Shown here: positions 49,585-63,229 of the stretch, one piece after another
Layout of the letters: each line of letters opens with the position of its first letter
Numbering within the stretch: the first letter of the stretch is position 1
NCBI RefSeq assembly: GCF_035084215.1
Contig: NW_027139453.1
Location: forward strand, 8,928,001-8,992,000
Origin: Heptranchias perlo
Taxonomy: Eukaryota
DNA: 64,000 bases
Reading direction: 5' to 3'
Made by a program: the position numbers and the translations under genes
Notes under the pieces: model-generated
What the model saw: only the letters and a program-made list of their open reading frames with translations
The model's database searches: none
What the model was told of the DNA's origin: nothing

Positions 49585-52500
49585 ATACGACCATAAGAGA
49601 TAGGAGCAGGAGTAGGCCATTCGGCCCCTCGAGCCTTCTCCGCCATTAAATGAGATCATGGCTAATCTGCCCGCCTTTTCCCCATATCCTTTCACTCCCT
49701 TGCTGATCACAAATTTCTCGAACTCAGCCTTGAATGTATTCAATGACTCAGCCTCCACAGCTTTTTGGGGTAAAGAATTCCAAAGATTCACGACCCTCTG
49801 GGAGAAGAAATTCCTCCTAATTTCCATCTTAAACGGGCGACCACTTATTCAGAGATTATGCCCCCTAGTTTTAGATTCCCCCATGAGGTGCAACATTCTC
49901 TCAGCATCTACCCTCTCCAGTCCCCTCATAATCTTGTTTGTTTCTATAAGATGTCCTCTCATTCTTCTAAACTCCAATGAGTATAGAACCAACCTGTTCA
50001 ATCTTTTCTCATCAGACAATCCTTCCATACCTGGAATCAACCGAGTGAACCTTCTCGGAACTGCCTCCAATGCAAGTATATCCTTCCTTAAATAAGGGCA
50101 CCAGAACAGTACGTAGTACTCCAGATGTGGTCTCACCAGCACCCTGTAAAGGTGCAGCATGACTTCCCTGCTTTTTACTCCATCCCCCTGGAAATAAGGT
50201 GTTTAATTTCTTATGTAAAAAATTCAAATGTTTATTTTATTCTAACAATAATTCAATAGTTTAATTTGTAAGATAAATAATTCAATAGTTCAATTTTTTT
50301 CAAAAATAATTTAATGGTTTAATTTATTATGTAAATAATCCAGTGTTTAATTAATTATTAAATAATTAAAACTTTTTTTATTGAATAAATAATTCAATTG
50401 AATAATCTATTACCTAACAAATTCAAGTGTTTAATTCATTATAAAAACAAATCAATTGCTTAATTTATTATATAAATAGCTAAATCGTTCTATTTATTGT
50501 AGAAGTAATTGAATTGTTTAATTTATTGTGTAAATAATTCAAAGTTTACTACTTTACATAATAAATTAATGAGTTTGATTACATAATAAACAAATTAATT
50601 ATTTATATAATAAATTAAACACTTGAATTATTGACTTCATTACACAGATAGCCCATCGTTTAGTTTATTATATGAAGAAGTCAAGTGTATAATTTATTAT
50701 AAAAAATAATTGTTCAAGTGTTTAAGTTATAATATAATTAATTCAAAGGTTTAATTTATTTTATGAATAATTCAATCGTTTTACTTATTGTACAAATAAT
50801 TCAATTGAATAATTTGTTACGTAAAAAATTCAATTGTTTAATTTATTATATAAATAATTCAAGTGTTGAAATTATATAATTAAATTGTTTATCTTATTAT
50901 GTATAAAATTCTAGTGTTTATATTATTATAAAAATAATTCTATAGTTTATTATATAAATAATTCAGTTGAATATTTAAAACATTTTTCTTTCGATAAATT
51001 GATATATTGTATAAGTAATCATGTGTTTAATTTATTATATGAATAATGCAATTGTTTAAATGATTATTTAAGTTATTCAAGTATTTAGTTTATACATTTA
51101 TAAATTAAATAATTCATTATTTATATAATGAATTAAACAAATTAATTTTTTAGTTAATCAAATAATTAACTCAATTATTTATATAATAAATTAAATAATT
51201 CAATTATTTATCCAGTAAATTAAACTATTCAGTTATTTATGTAACAGATTAAACACTTGAATTCTTCATATAATAAATTAAACATTTTTTATTTGCATAA
51301 TAATTTCATCAATTGAATTATATAGATGATAAATTAAACTATTGAATTATATTCATAATAAATTAAGCAACTGAAGTAGTTGTGTCAGAAATTGTATATA
51401 ACCAATTGGTTATTTATATAATGAATTAAACTATTGAATTACTTATATAATGAATGAAACAATTGAATTATTTATATAATAAATTAAACCATAGAATTAT
51501 TTAGATAATAAATTAAACACTTGAACTATTTAAATAATAAAGTGAACAATTGAACTATTTACATAATAAATTATACACTTGACTGCTTCATATAATAAAA
51601 TAAACACTTGTTTACTTGTATAATAAATTCACCAATTGAATTATTTGTACAATAAATTAAACAACTGAACTATTTATATTGTAAATTGTACACTTGAATT
51701 ATTTATATCATTAAACGACTTAATTTTTTGTCTAATATATTAATCAATTCAATTATTTATATAATAAATTAAACAATTAAATTATTACATTAAAAATTAA
51801 ACACTTGAATTATTGATATAATATATTAAACTATTGAATTATTGATACAAAATTAAACACTTGAATAATTTATATAATGAATTAAACTATTGAATTATTT
51901 ATATAATAAATTTAGCTATTGAATTGTTTATATAATAAATTAAACACTTGGTTATTTATATAATAATTTAATCAAACGAATAATTAAACAATTGAATTCT
52001 CTTTATAATAAATGAAACATTTGAAGTATTCATATAATAATTTGAGCACTTGAATAATTTATATAATAAATTAAACAATTGATTTCTATGTACAAAACAT
52101 AAAACAATTTAATTAATAAATGAAACACTCGACTTTACATAAGAAAACAATTGACTATATTATGAATTGAACGATTGAATTATTTATATAATAAATTAAA
52201 CACTTGAATTGTTTATATGATAAATTAAACAATTGAATTAATTACATCATGAATTGAACAATTGATTTATTTACACAATGAATTAAACACTTGAATTATT
52301 CATACAATAAAATAACAATTTAATTTATATAATAATTTAGACACTTGAATTATTTCTGTAATAAATTAAAAACGTGAATTATTTATTGAATAAATTAAAC
52401 AATTGAATTGTTTATATAATAAATTAGTTATTTCATAAATTAAACAATTCGTTTATTTATATCATTAATTAAACGAATGAATTATTTATACAATGAATTA

Positions 52501-53100
52501 GCTATTCAATTATTTAGATAATAAATTTAACAATTGAATTAATTATACAATAAATAAAACGGTTTAATTATTTATATAATAAATTAAACTATTGAATTAT
52601 TTATATAATCAATTAAACTATTGAATTCTTTATATAATAAATTAAACAATTGATTATTTATATCATGAATTAAACTATTGAATTATTCATATAATAAATT
52701 AAACATTTGAATAATTGATATAATAAATTAAATAATTCAATTATTTATCCAGTAAATTAAAGTATTGAACTATTTATATAATATATTAAACGATTGAATT
52801 ATTGATTATCTGCCGCTGTTGACTTTTGTATGTTGACTTTTTGTGTTTCATGCACGAGGACACCCAGATCCCTCTGTACCGCAGCATTTTGTAGAATTTC
52901 TCCATCCAAATAATATTTTCCTTTTTTATTTTTCCTCCCAAAGTGGATGACTTCACATTTTCCCACTTTATATTTCATCTGCCAAATTTTTGCCCATTCC
53001 CTTAACCTGTTAACAACCCTTCGCAGACACTTTGTGTCCTCATCGCAATTTGCTTTTTCACCAATCTTTGTGTCATCAGCAAATTTGCCACAAGTCAATC
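49585..53100 (-). mobile_element. CR1 fragment split by AT-rich satellite
   Basis: KFADDTK..KCEVIHFG (52800-53100) continues as LYRVLVRPHLEY..RRMRG (49585-50198). Confidence 0.85.
50199..52805. repeat. AT-rich 29-bp satellite in two inverted arms
   Basis: Unit ttatataataaattaaacacttgaattat; reverse-complement orientation left of ~51095, forward to the right. Confidence 0.9.
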
Positions 53101-53179
53101 TGTTCCTTCATCCGAGGTCCAAACGCGCTCTCTCTGCTTCCAATGTCTTTGCTTTTCGGCCAGATATTGAGAACATCAA

Positions 53180-53570
53180 TGGCGGCTGCAGCACCCAGCA
53201 TGCGGCGCAGTGCAGATTATGCCCTATCTGAATCAGTGAAGCAGTGCACGCAGGCGCAGTAGTGACTCATTATCGGGCAGTGTGTCCTGAGCATGCGCGG
53301 CCAGTGGAGGCTGAGGGAGGAGCGCGTTCGGTGCAGGTAAGAGGATCGGAGCAAGAGGCTCAATAAACCCCGGGGCCAGGGTCCGGGCTCAGACCCGGGC
53401 TCAGGCCCAGGCTCAGGCTTTACAAACCCCGAGTGCGGCCCCAGACCCGAATATAAAACAGTGAATATTATCCCCCTCACTACCCGCCGGTTTCCGGTTT
53501 CTCCCGTTTGGCTCCGGCCCAACTCTCAAAAAAAGGCCGCGGCCCCACGCATGCGCGGTGTAAACTGGGA
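53180..53570 (+). promoter_or_regulatory. CpG island / putative promoter and first exon of the ZNF gene
   Basis: CpG-dense, NRF1-like GCATGCGC motifs, donor cag|gtaaga near 53337. Confidence 0.6.
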
Positions 53571-53571
53571 C

Positions 53572-54260
53572 TTCTGCAAATGAAGGAGAAATGGTGATCG
53601 GTCAGGGAGCGTCTGTAAATGAAGGAAAAAATGGTGATCGTCAGGGAACGTCTGTAAATGAAGGAGAATTGGTGATTGGTCAGGGAGCGTCTGCAAATGA
53701 AGAAGAAAGGGTGATCGCTAAGGGAACGTCAGTAAATGAAGGAGAATTGGTGATTGGTCAGGAAGCGTCTATAAATTAAGGCGAAAAGGTGATCGGTCAG
53801 GGAGGGTCTGCAAATGAAGAAGAAAGGGTGATCGCTCAGGGAACGTGTGTAAATGAAGGAGAAATGGTGATCGGTCAGAGAGCCTCTGAAAATGAAGGAG
53901 AAATGATCAGTCAGTGAATATCTGTAAATGAAGGAGAAATAGTGATCGGTCAGGGAACGTCTAGAACTGAAGGAGAAATGGTGATTGGCCTGTGAGCGTC
54001 TGTAAATGAAGGAGAAATGGGTATCGGTCAGGGAAGGTTTGCAAATGAAGGAGAATTGATGAACGTTCAGGGAACGTCTGTAAATGAAGGAGAAATGGTG
54101 AGTTGTCAGGGAACGTCTGTAAATGAAGGAGAAATGGTGATCGGTCAGGGAACATCTATAAATGAATGAGGAATAAAGATCGGTCTGGGAACGTCTGTAA
54201 ATGAATGAGAAATGATGATCATTCAGGGAGCATCTGCAAATGAAGGAGAAATTGTGATCT
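53572..54260. repeat. 39-bp minisatellite (~18 copies)
   Basis: Unit ctgtaaatgaaggagaaatggtgatcggtcagggaacgt. Confidence 0.95.
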
Positions 54261-54870
54261 CTATATCTTTAGTCATCCAGAGAGCTCTAGTTATAGAAGC
54301 CGTTCCTTTCCTCCTCTTGGGAATCTGTCCACTCTGTACCTAAACCAACTCTTCCTTCAAGGCCTCCCATTGTTCAATCTCTGTTCTGCTTGCCAATTTT
54401 TGATTCCAATCCACCTGGACAAGATTCTTTTTGAACTCTCTGAATTAGCCCTCCTCTAGTCAAGAATTGTCATATTTGACTGTCCCTTATTCTTTGCCAT
54501 AACTATTCTAAACCTAATGAGATTATGATCACTGCTGCCCCACTGAAAGATGCTCCACCTGCCCCACTTCATTCTCCACACTGAGCCCACTGTTGTACTC
54601 ACATTCACTCTCTCACGCACTCCCACATTCACTCTCTCACTTTCTCTCTCTCATTCACTCTCTCACCCTTTCGCTCATGATTTCGGGCCACTGGCAGCTG
54701 ATGCGGTGGGTTTTTTTTTTCAGCTCAGGGAGGAGGGCTGAATGTGTGGGACAGGGATTTATAGCTTTGAGGCACAAGAGAGGAAAGAATCTTCCATAGA
54801 AACTAGAATTGTCTGTTCTGAATTTCTATCCTGTACATACAGTGATAACTTTTACAAACTCCTTTTACAG

Positions 54871-56745
54871 GGTATTAGAAGGGGAGGATTTGAAGAGGGA
54901 AACTCAAACCAAAGACCACGTCAAGATCTGACTGTGTCACTCGATTCATCAGGACCTGAATAGCATCGGCCTTTGAATGTGGAAGGAGAAATGTTTGTCT
55001 CTTCTAACTGTGGGAGAAGATTTCAAACATCAGTGTGAGTGGAAAACCACCGAGACACACACACCCGAGTGAGAGTTCCAGTGCACTGACTGTGGAAAGA
55101 GCTTTAACCAGTTACACAGCCTGAAAAAAAACCTCACACCATTCACAGCGGGGAGAAACTTAACACGTGTTCTGTGTGTGGACGAGGCTTCAACTGATCG
55201 TCCAACCTGGAAAGACACAAGGACACCCGCACCACGGAGAAACCGTGGAAATGTGGGGACTGTGGGAAGGGATTCAATTACCCTTCAAAGCTGGAAACTC
55301 ATCGATGCAGTCACACTGGGGAGAGGTCATTCACCTGCTCCATGTGTGGGAAGGGATTCACTTAGTCATACAGCCTCCTGAGACACCAGCGAGTTCACTC
55401 TGATAAGCGACCTTTTAAATGTCCTGACTGTGAGAAGAGGTTTAAAAGCAAAAGTAACCTGCTGACACAGCAACGCACTCACACTGGGGAGAGGCCGTTC
55501 AACTGCTCCGTGTGTGGGAACGGATTCACTCGCTCATCCCAACTTCTGTCACACCAGCGCGTTCACACTGAGGAGAGGTCGTTCATCTGCTCCGTGTGTG
55601 GGAAGGGATTCACTCGGTCATCCACCCTACTGATACACCAGCGAGTTCACTCTGATGAGAGACCTTTTAAATGCTCTGACTGTGGGAAGAGGTTTAAAAG
55701 CACAAATGAACTGCTGATACACCAACGCACTCACACTGGGGAGAGGCCGTTCATCTGCTCTGTGTGTAAGAAGAGATGCACTCGGTCATCCAACCTTCTG
55801 TCACACCAGCGAGTCCACTCTGATGAGAGACCTTTTAAATGTTCTGACTGTGGGAAGAGATTTAAAATCAGGAACGAACTGCTGAGACATCAACGCACTC
55901 ACACTGGGGAGAGACCATTCTCCTGTTCCGTGTGTCAGAAGAGATTCACTCGGTCATCCACCCTGCTGACACACCAGCGAGTTCACACTGGGGAGAGATC
56001 TTTTAAATGTTCCGACTGTGAGAAAAGATTTAAAAGCAAATTTAATCTGCTGACACACCAACGCTCTCACACTGGGGAGAGGCCGTTCACTTGCTCCGTA
56101 TGTGGGAAGAGGTTCACTCGGTCATCAACCTTGCTGACACACCAGCGAGTTCACACGGAGGAGAGGCCGTTCTCGTGCTCTGTGTGTGAGAAGAGTTTCA
56201 TTCATTCATCCCACCTTCTGTCACACCAGCGAGTTCACGCTGATAAGAGACCGTTAAATGTTCTGATTGTGAGAAGAGGTTTAAAAACAAACGGATCTGC
56301 TGACATACCAATGCACTCACACTGAGGAGACGCCATTAACCTGCTCTGTGTGCGGGAAGGGATTCACTATTTCATCCGAACTGCTGACGCACCAACTTGC
56401 TCACACTGGGGAGAGACTTTTTAAATTTTCTAAAGGTGGGAAGAGCTTTAAAAACAGAAACTAACTGTGGCGACACCAACGCACACACACTGGGGAGAGA
56501 CTGTTCACCTGCTCCGTCTGTGGGAAGGGTTTCACTAATTCATCCCACCTTCTGAGACATCAACTTGTTCACACTATTGAGTGAACTTTTAACTCAGTGA
56601 CTGTGAGAAGATCTTTAAAAGCAGAAATGAACTGCTGACACATCAACTCACGCCTATTGGGGAGAGATTGTTCACCTGCTCCGTGTGTTGGAAGGGATTC
56701 ACTCTGTCATCATACGTGCTGAGACACCAAAGAGTTCACATGTGA
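54871..56745 (+). pseudogene. Tandem C2H2 zinc-finger gene, disrupted (9 intact fingers in ~55500-56240)
   Basis: CxxC..H..H with TGERPF linkers; stops at ~54961, 55196 and 55363, frameshifts before and after the central ORF; acceptor ttttacag at 54870. Confidence 0.85.
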
Positions 56746-57899
56746 CTGCAAGGGTTGGATTCTGCTGTTAATCCCATCCAGGACTGAACCATGTTCATTC
56801 TGACAGTTGGGGTTTGTTCCTGCTGATGTTAATAACCCCTATAACTGTGCTGGAGTTTAATGTTTTGGATACATGTTAAATAAATCAGCTTTGTTTTAAA
56901 CACCTTGTTGTAGATATTGGTCTTTCCCACCTGACTGTTCAGCATCACCTGCCTGGATCTCAGAAAGGACAATCTGGGTGGAGGATCTTCCGGTGGGAAC
57001 AGAACTTCAGCCTGGAAACAGTCCTTCAGGGCCACACTGAGAGGGGCAAACGGTACTTTGGTCTTTCTCGTCTCTCTTCAATGACAGCAAAGTCGCCATG
57101 CGGGTTAAACTTGAGGCGTGTAAGAAATGTGTCCCAGCCGCTCTCTTCCATGGTTCAGAGCTCCTAGGCACGGAACAGAAGGCTCCTTTACAATGGTGTG
57201 TAGAGTCAGGAAGGACAAAGGTGAATGCTGGAAATGTGCTGTCAAATCAGGGATTGGTGTAAAACTGTAACCTGTTCCTGACTGGAAGTGAAACGGTAGG
57301 TTTAAGTCTCCAGTCTAAAAATAACTGGTCATTATTCTATGAAGATTCAAATTGTTTGTGTGACAGCTCTGAGTCTACAATTTAAGGCAGGCATTAACTC
57401 ATTTAAAATAAACCCATTTAAAATCAATGGGTTAAAGCCTGCATTACAATAGCAGAAGGGGTATTTCACAAGAGCCTGTTAATTGCTGGTACAATTATAC
57501 AACAGTCATTTGATCTGCAGGTAAAGAAGGATCTGGAGTGTGTTTCCAGAATTCCCTGTTTTATTGATGTCTGCATGTTGGACACCAGGATAATGAAAGA
57601 TACTCGACCCTGACCATCCACAGGGTGTGGGCGATCCCGACAGTTACCCAGGGATCACTCCCGCTGCGGAACTCCACCACTGACCCTGCTGAAGGTTGTA
57701 GACTCAGGGTGTGGGGACTCCAGGAGTGGACTGTAAGAAAGCTGGGTTTCAGTATCTTGACAAAGATATGCTGAGGTACCAGAGAAATCCTTACGAAGGA
57801 ACAGTCTGGGGTTTTACCTGTCAATGTAGGTCTCGGGGTGAATGATTCCTGACTCCCCGAACTGTCTTGCTTTTAAACCAGGTCAGATCAGGGTGAATT

Positions 57900-59560
57900 C
57901 AGTTTACAGGAGAAATGAGACAAATATCACCCACAATCGAGGAAGACAAATGCAGCCATTAGAGAAGCTCAGAGATCTTTGGAAAAGAAGATGGTGCACA
58001 ATTGTGGGATAATCGTAAAAGCTTTTCCAGCTACGTCAGGATTCAGAAGACCATTAAAGATGGTTTAGGGCCACTGAAAGGCAGTTCAGGACAGATTCCC
58101 AGGCTATGGCAGAGCTGTTAAATGACTATTTCTCATCACTCCTGTGGATGATGCTCAGATTCTGGCTGTGGGATGTGCTGTCGACAATAACATCTTAAAT
58201 ATTAAAATAGAAAGGGATGTCATCTTGGATAAAATATGAACTCTCAAAATAGATTGTGCTCCAGGTCCAGATAATATTCACCCACGGGTGTTTAAAGAGA
58301 TGGGACGGGTGCTCTGTGAGCTCTTGCCAGTATCTTCAACTGCTCAATAGAGTCAGGGATTGTCCCCTGAGATTGGAAGGTAGCTCACGTAGTTCCCATT
58401 TTCATTAACGGAGACAAATCAGAGCCAGGGAATGACAGGCCCATCAATGTGACCTCGATCAGAGGGAAGATGCTTGAAGGGATCCTAAGAGATGTTGTTT
58501 ATGATCACGGGGAAAGAGAAGCAGCCATTAGATTTACTCAACACGGCTTCCGGAAAAGAAGGTCGTGTCTCACAAACTTGCTTGAGTTTTTTGAAAAAGT
58601 TGCTGGCTTAATGGATGAGGTTAATCCGGTTCACATTGTCTATCTCAGGGTGTTAAACTCATTTCCTATAGTGGGCCTGATCCAATATCCTGGCACTTGG
58701 CCTGGGCTACATTCAGCAAAAGTTATTAAACTAGAAATAGATGAAGATGAACTGTATTGGTACTTACTTATATTTGGATGTTATTTACTGCTACTGCTGC
58801 TCCCGATACCTGGCACCTCTTAGCTTGAATCATTGCATCAACATTTGGAGTAAATGACTGGGCTCCGGCCTGTTTTGGATAAAAACATAGGAGAATTTGT
58901 CACTTCAGAACTTTGGAAGTGAATTTCACAGTCTCACAACTCCCTCTGTAAAGAAGTTTGTCTTCATCACTGCTCTGAAACAGACAGCTGGGGGTAAGGG
59001 TAGCGACTCAGACTGGTAAAAGGTGGAAAGTGGTGTTCCACAATGATCGGTGCTGGGACCACTGTTCACAATTTTCATCAACGATTTGGACTCGGGAATT
59101 GGATGTACAATTGCAAAATTTACAGATGACACCAGTTTGGAGGGGGGAGGGGTGGGTATAGTTAATACTGATGAAAACTAAGGCAAATACAAGAAGACAT
59201 GAATAAACTTGCAGAATGGGAATGGAATTGCAAAGGAATTTTACAAAGATGAGGGTGAAGTGGAGTATTTTGGTAGCAAGAACAAGGAGGCCACATAATG
59301 CTTGGATACTAAGTCTAAATGGGGTAGAAGAGTAATGGGTTCCAGGGGCACAGATACACAAATCACTAAAAGTAGTGACGCAGGTTGAAAAGTCCACAAA
59401 ATAGCAAACCAAGCACTGAGGTTCATTTCTGCAGCAAAGTATTGAAAAGCAGAGAAGTTATGTTCAACTTCTATAGAACCTTGATTAGACAAATCTTGGT
59501 GTACTGTGAACAGTTTTGGTCTCAATATTATAAAAAAGATATAGAGGCACTGCAAAAAAT
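57900..59560 (+). mobile_element. Decayed CR1-type fragments
   Basis: QHGFRKRRSCLTNLLEFFE; SGVPQ; DDT remnants. Confidence 0.8.
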
Positions 59561-59582
59561 GGATTCAAAAGGAAGTCATCAT

Positions 59583-60200
59583 ATAAGTGTCCCCTGTACT
59601 TGGTGTCCCAGTGTAAGTGGTCCCTGTATTTGGTGTTTCAGTGTAAATGGTCCCTTAATTTGGTGTCCCAGTGTAAGTTGTCGCTGGATTTGATGTCCCA
59701 GTGTGAGTAGTCCCCGGATTTGGTGTCCCAGTGTAAGTGGTCCCTGTATTTGGTGTCCCAGTGTAAATAGTCCCTGGATTTGGTGTCTCAGTGTAAGTGG
59801 TCCCTGTATTTGGTGTCCCAGTGTAAGTAGTCCCTGGATTTGGTGTCTCAGTGTAAGTGGTCCCTGTATTTGGTTTCCCAGTGTAAGTAGTCCCTGGATT
59901 TGGTGTCCCAGTGTAACTAGTCCCTGGATTTGGTGTCCCAGTGTAACTAGTCCCTGGATTTGGTGTCCCAGTATATGTGGTCCATGTATTTGGTGTCTCA
60001 GTGTAAATGGTCCGTTAATTTGGTGTCCCAGTGTAATTTGTCGCTGGATTTGATGTCCCAGTGTAAGTAGTCCATGTATTTGGAGTCCCAATGTAAGTTG
60101 TCCCTTAATTTGGGGTCCCAGTGTAAGTGGTCCCGGGATTTGGTGTCCCAGTGTAAGTGGTCCCGGGATTTGCTGTCCCAGTGTAAGTGGCCCGAGGTGT
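59583..60200. repeat. 30-bp minisatellite (~20 copies)
   Basis: Unit gtgtaagtggtccctgtatttggtgtccca. Confidence 0.95.
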
Positions 60201-60379
60201 GGTGTCACAGTTTAAATGGTTCCTTGTCTTTTGAGGCATCGCTCGTGGCATTTTTATCCTCTTTCCACCTTTACAAAAATTGTGACCAGCTTATTAACTG
60301 ACTCTCGGGTAGGGGACAGAAAAAATGTGACCTCCTAAGTTTCCCTGAGAATGACAGGTCTGAATTCGAGTTTGAGAAC

Positions 60380-60960
60380 ATTTAGCAATTAAACCAGACT
60401 GGGCGGTGCGGGCCTGGGGTGCGATATCGTAACTGAAAGGTGGCGGCAAGTTAATTTCGCTACATGGGGGAGTGCCCGAGCACTCGGGTTTCTGTATTAT
60501 TTATTTGTTTATTTTGTTTGTTGCCTCCCTTGCGCCAACCTCGATGGGATGACAATAATTAATTTTCTGTTCACCAATTCCGGCTTGCAATGGCAGGGTA
60601 TTTCCCCAGAATCCCCCGCAGGTCGGAATGTACCCGATCAATGACGGCAAGTGACCATTGCGCAGGGGCAGGAACGGACTGTGCTCTGAGCATGCGCAGT
60701 GCGAGTGGTGGAAACAGGCGAGCCGGAGGCCGGTGGGAGACCAGGGAGGAATTGGATCTATGGGTGCGTGGGTGGGGAAGCTTTGCAAACACGTGGTGGC
60801 GGCTAGAGGACACAAATAAGAGTAAAAAGGCCCCGTGTTTGCACTTCGGTGACAGGTCGGTCCGGCGGCCGCCCCGATTACCAGTGTGAATGGCCGCCAT
60901 CGTGCGAGAGATAGTCATGGTGGAATTATGGCGCGTGCGCGGCCATCTTGGTACAGGAGT
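60380..60960 (-). promoter_or_regulatory. CpG island, putative minus-strand promoter
   Basis: CAAGATGGCCGC and ATGGCGGCC (YY1-like) on minus strand; GCATGCGCA (NRF1-like). Confidence 0.5.
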
Positions 60961-60964
60961 AAAA

Positions 60965-61345
60965 TAGAGGGTGGGGCTACTGGGTTCCAGTGACAGGGAA
61001 CAAAGAGTGGGCGGGGCTTCAGCGTCACAGTGACCGGGAACAAAGAGTGGGAGGGGCTTCAGGGTCCCAGTGACCGGGAAGAAGGAGTGGGCGGGGCTTC
61101 AGGGTCCCAGTGACCGGGAACAAAGAGTGGGTGGGGCGTCAGGGTCCCAGTGACCGGGAACAAAGAGTGGGTGGGGCGTCAGGGTCCCAGTGACCGGGAA
61201 CGAACAGTAGGCGGGGCCTCTGGGTCCCAGTGACTGGGAACAAAAGAGTGGGCGGGGCTTCAGGTTCTCATTGACCGGGAACGAACAGTAGGCGGGGCTT
61301 CAGGATACCAGTGAATGGGATCAAAGAGTTGTCGGGGCTTCAGGT
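60965..61345. repeat. 40-bp GC-box minisatellite (~9-10 copies)
   Basis: Unit agggtcccagtgaccgggaacaaagagtgggcggggcttc. Confidence 0.95.
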
Positions 61346-61349
61346 CTCC

Positions 61350-62650
61350 TCCAGGTCTCTGTTCCTGCACACCCTTTAAAATTGTCCCATTTAGTGTCCA
61401 TTGACTCTCCTCATTCTCCTGACCAAAATTTAACACTTCACACTTTTCTATGTTAAATTTCATCTGCCATGTGTCTGCTCATTTCACCAGTCTGTCTATG
61501 TCCTCCTGAATCTGTCACTATGCTCCACATTGATTGTTAAATTTCCGACTTTGGTATCTTCTGCAAACTTTGAACAGATTCGGAAAATAGAAGTGCATGG
61601 GATTAAAGGGACTTGGTAACTTGAATACATATTTGGCTGAGGGATAGAGTGCAGAGAGTAGCGGTGAACGGATGTTTATCTGACTGGAGAGAAGCAGTGG
61701 GGTCCCCCAAACTTCGGTATTCGAAAAATTGCTTTTCTTGTTATATAGAAATAACGTGCACTTGTGCTTCAGTAGTGCAATTTCGTAGTTTGCTTGTAAT
61801 ACAACACCTGGCAACGTAATAAATAGTGAGGAGGATAGTAGCAGACATCAGGATGACATAGGCAGACTGGGGAAATGGGCAGACACATGGCAGATGCAAT
61901 TTAATGAGTGAGAAGTGAAGCAATTTGGGAGGAACAAAATGGAGAGGCAGTACAATCTAAATGGGCCTATTTTGAGGGGAAGCAAGAGCAGAGGGACCGG
62001 GGGGGAGGGGGTATTCACAAATCTTTGAAGGTGGCAGGGTAAGTTGATAAGGCAGTTAAGAAAGCGTATGGGATATTTGGCTTTGTAACTAGCGGCATGG
62101 AGGACAAAAACAAGGACCTCAAGCTAAACCTTTACAAATCACTGGTTAGGCCTTAGTTGCAGTATTGTGTCCAATTCTGGGCACCTCACTTTAGGAAGGA
62201 GAGAGTTCGGAGGAGGATTACCAGGATGATAGCAGGGATGAGAGAGTGCAGTTATGTGGAGAGACTGGAGAAGTTGGGATTGATCTCCTTGGAGCAGAGA
62301 AGATTAAAGGGGAGACCGAACAAAGGCATTCAAAGTGATGAAGGGTCTTGATAGAGCAAGTAGGGAGACGCTGTTTCCTCTGGTAAGTTGGTCATTAACA
62401 AAATGTCACTGATTTCAAATAATTGACAGAAGAACTAGAGGGGAAAAGAGGAGATTTTTTTCACCAGCTGAAATGGCGATGGAAACAGTTGCCGGTGGAT
62501 GTTTGAAAAGCAAATTGGACATGTAGTTGAAGCCGACTAAATTTCTGGGTGAGGGTTGTAAAATTGACAGCTCTTTCAATGAACAGGCACAGGCACGACG
62601 AGCCGAATGGCCTATATCTCTGCTGTTGGAATCTAAGATTTCATTATTCT
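61350..62650. mobile_element. CR1 fragments (minus ~61350-61575, plus ~61580-62650)
   Basis: KFNIEKCEV; QYCVQFWAPHFRK; 3' tail. Confidence 0.8.
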
Positions 62651-62679
62651 GTGACCTACAGTCGAGTCATCACCTCTAA

Positions 62680-63215
62680 ACCCCGCCCCATTAACACACT
62701 GATCCACGACACGGACAGTCCTGAGATCTCCTCCACCTCCCGCCGCATGAACACACTGATCTCCGACACCGACAGTCCTCGGATCTCCTCTACCTCCCGC
62801 CGCATGAACACACTGATCACCGACACCGACAGTCCTCGGATCTCCTCTACCTCCCGCCCCATTAACACACTGATTACCGACACCTACAGTCCTCGGATCT
62901 CCTCTACCTCCCGTCCCAATAACACACTGTTCACCGACACCTACAGTCCTGGGATCTCCTCTACCTCCCGCCCCATTGACACACTGATTACCGACACCTA
63001 CAGTCCTCGGATCTCCTCTACCTCCCGTCCCAATAACACACTGTTCACCGACACCTACAGTCCTGGGATCTCCTCTACCTCCCGCCCCATTAACACACTG
63101 ATTACCGACACCTGCAGTCCTCAGATCTCCTTTGCCTCCCGACCCATTAACACACTGAATCCCGACACCTACAGTCCTGAAGTCTGCTCCACTCCCCCGC
63201 CCCATTAACACATTG
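62680..63215. repeat. 57-bp minisatellite (~9 copies)
   Basis: Unit cccgccccattaacacactgattaccgacacctacagtcctcggatctcctctacct. Confidence 0.95.
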
Positions 63216-63229
63216 ATCACAGTATGTAA

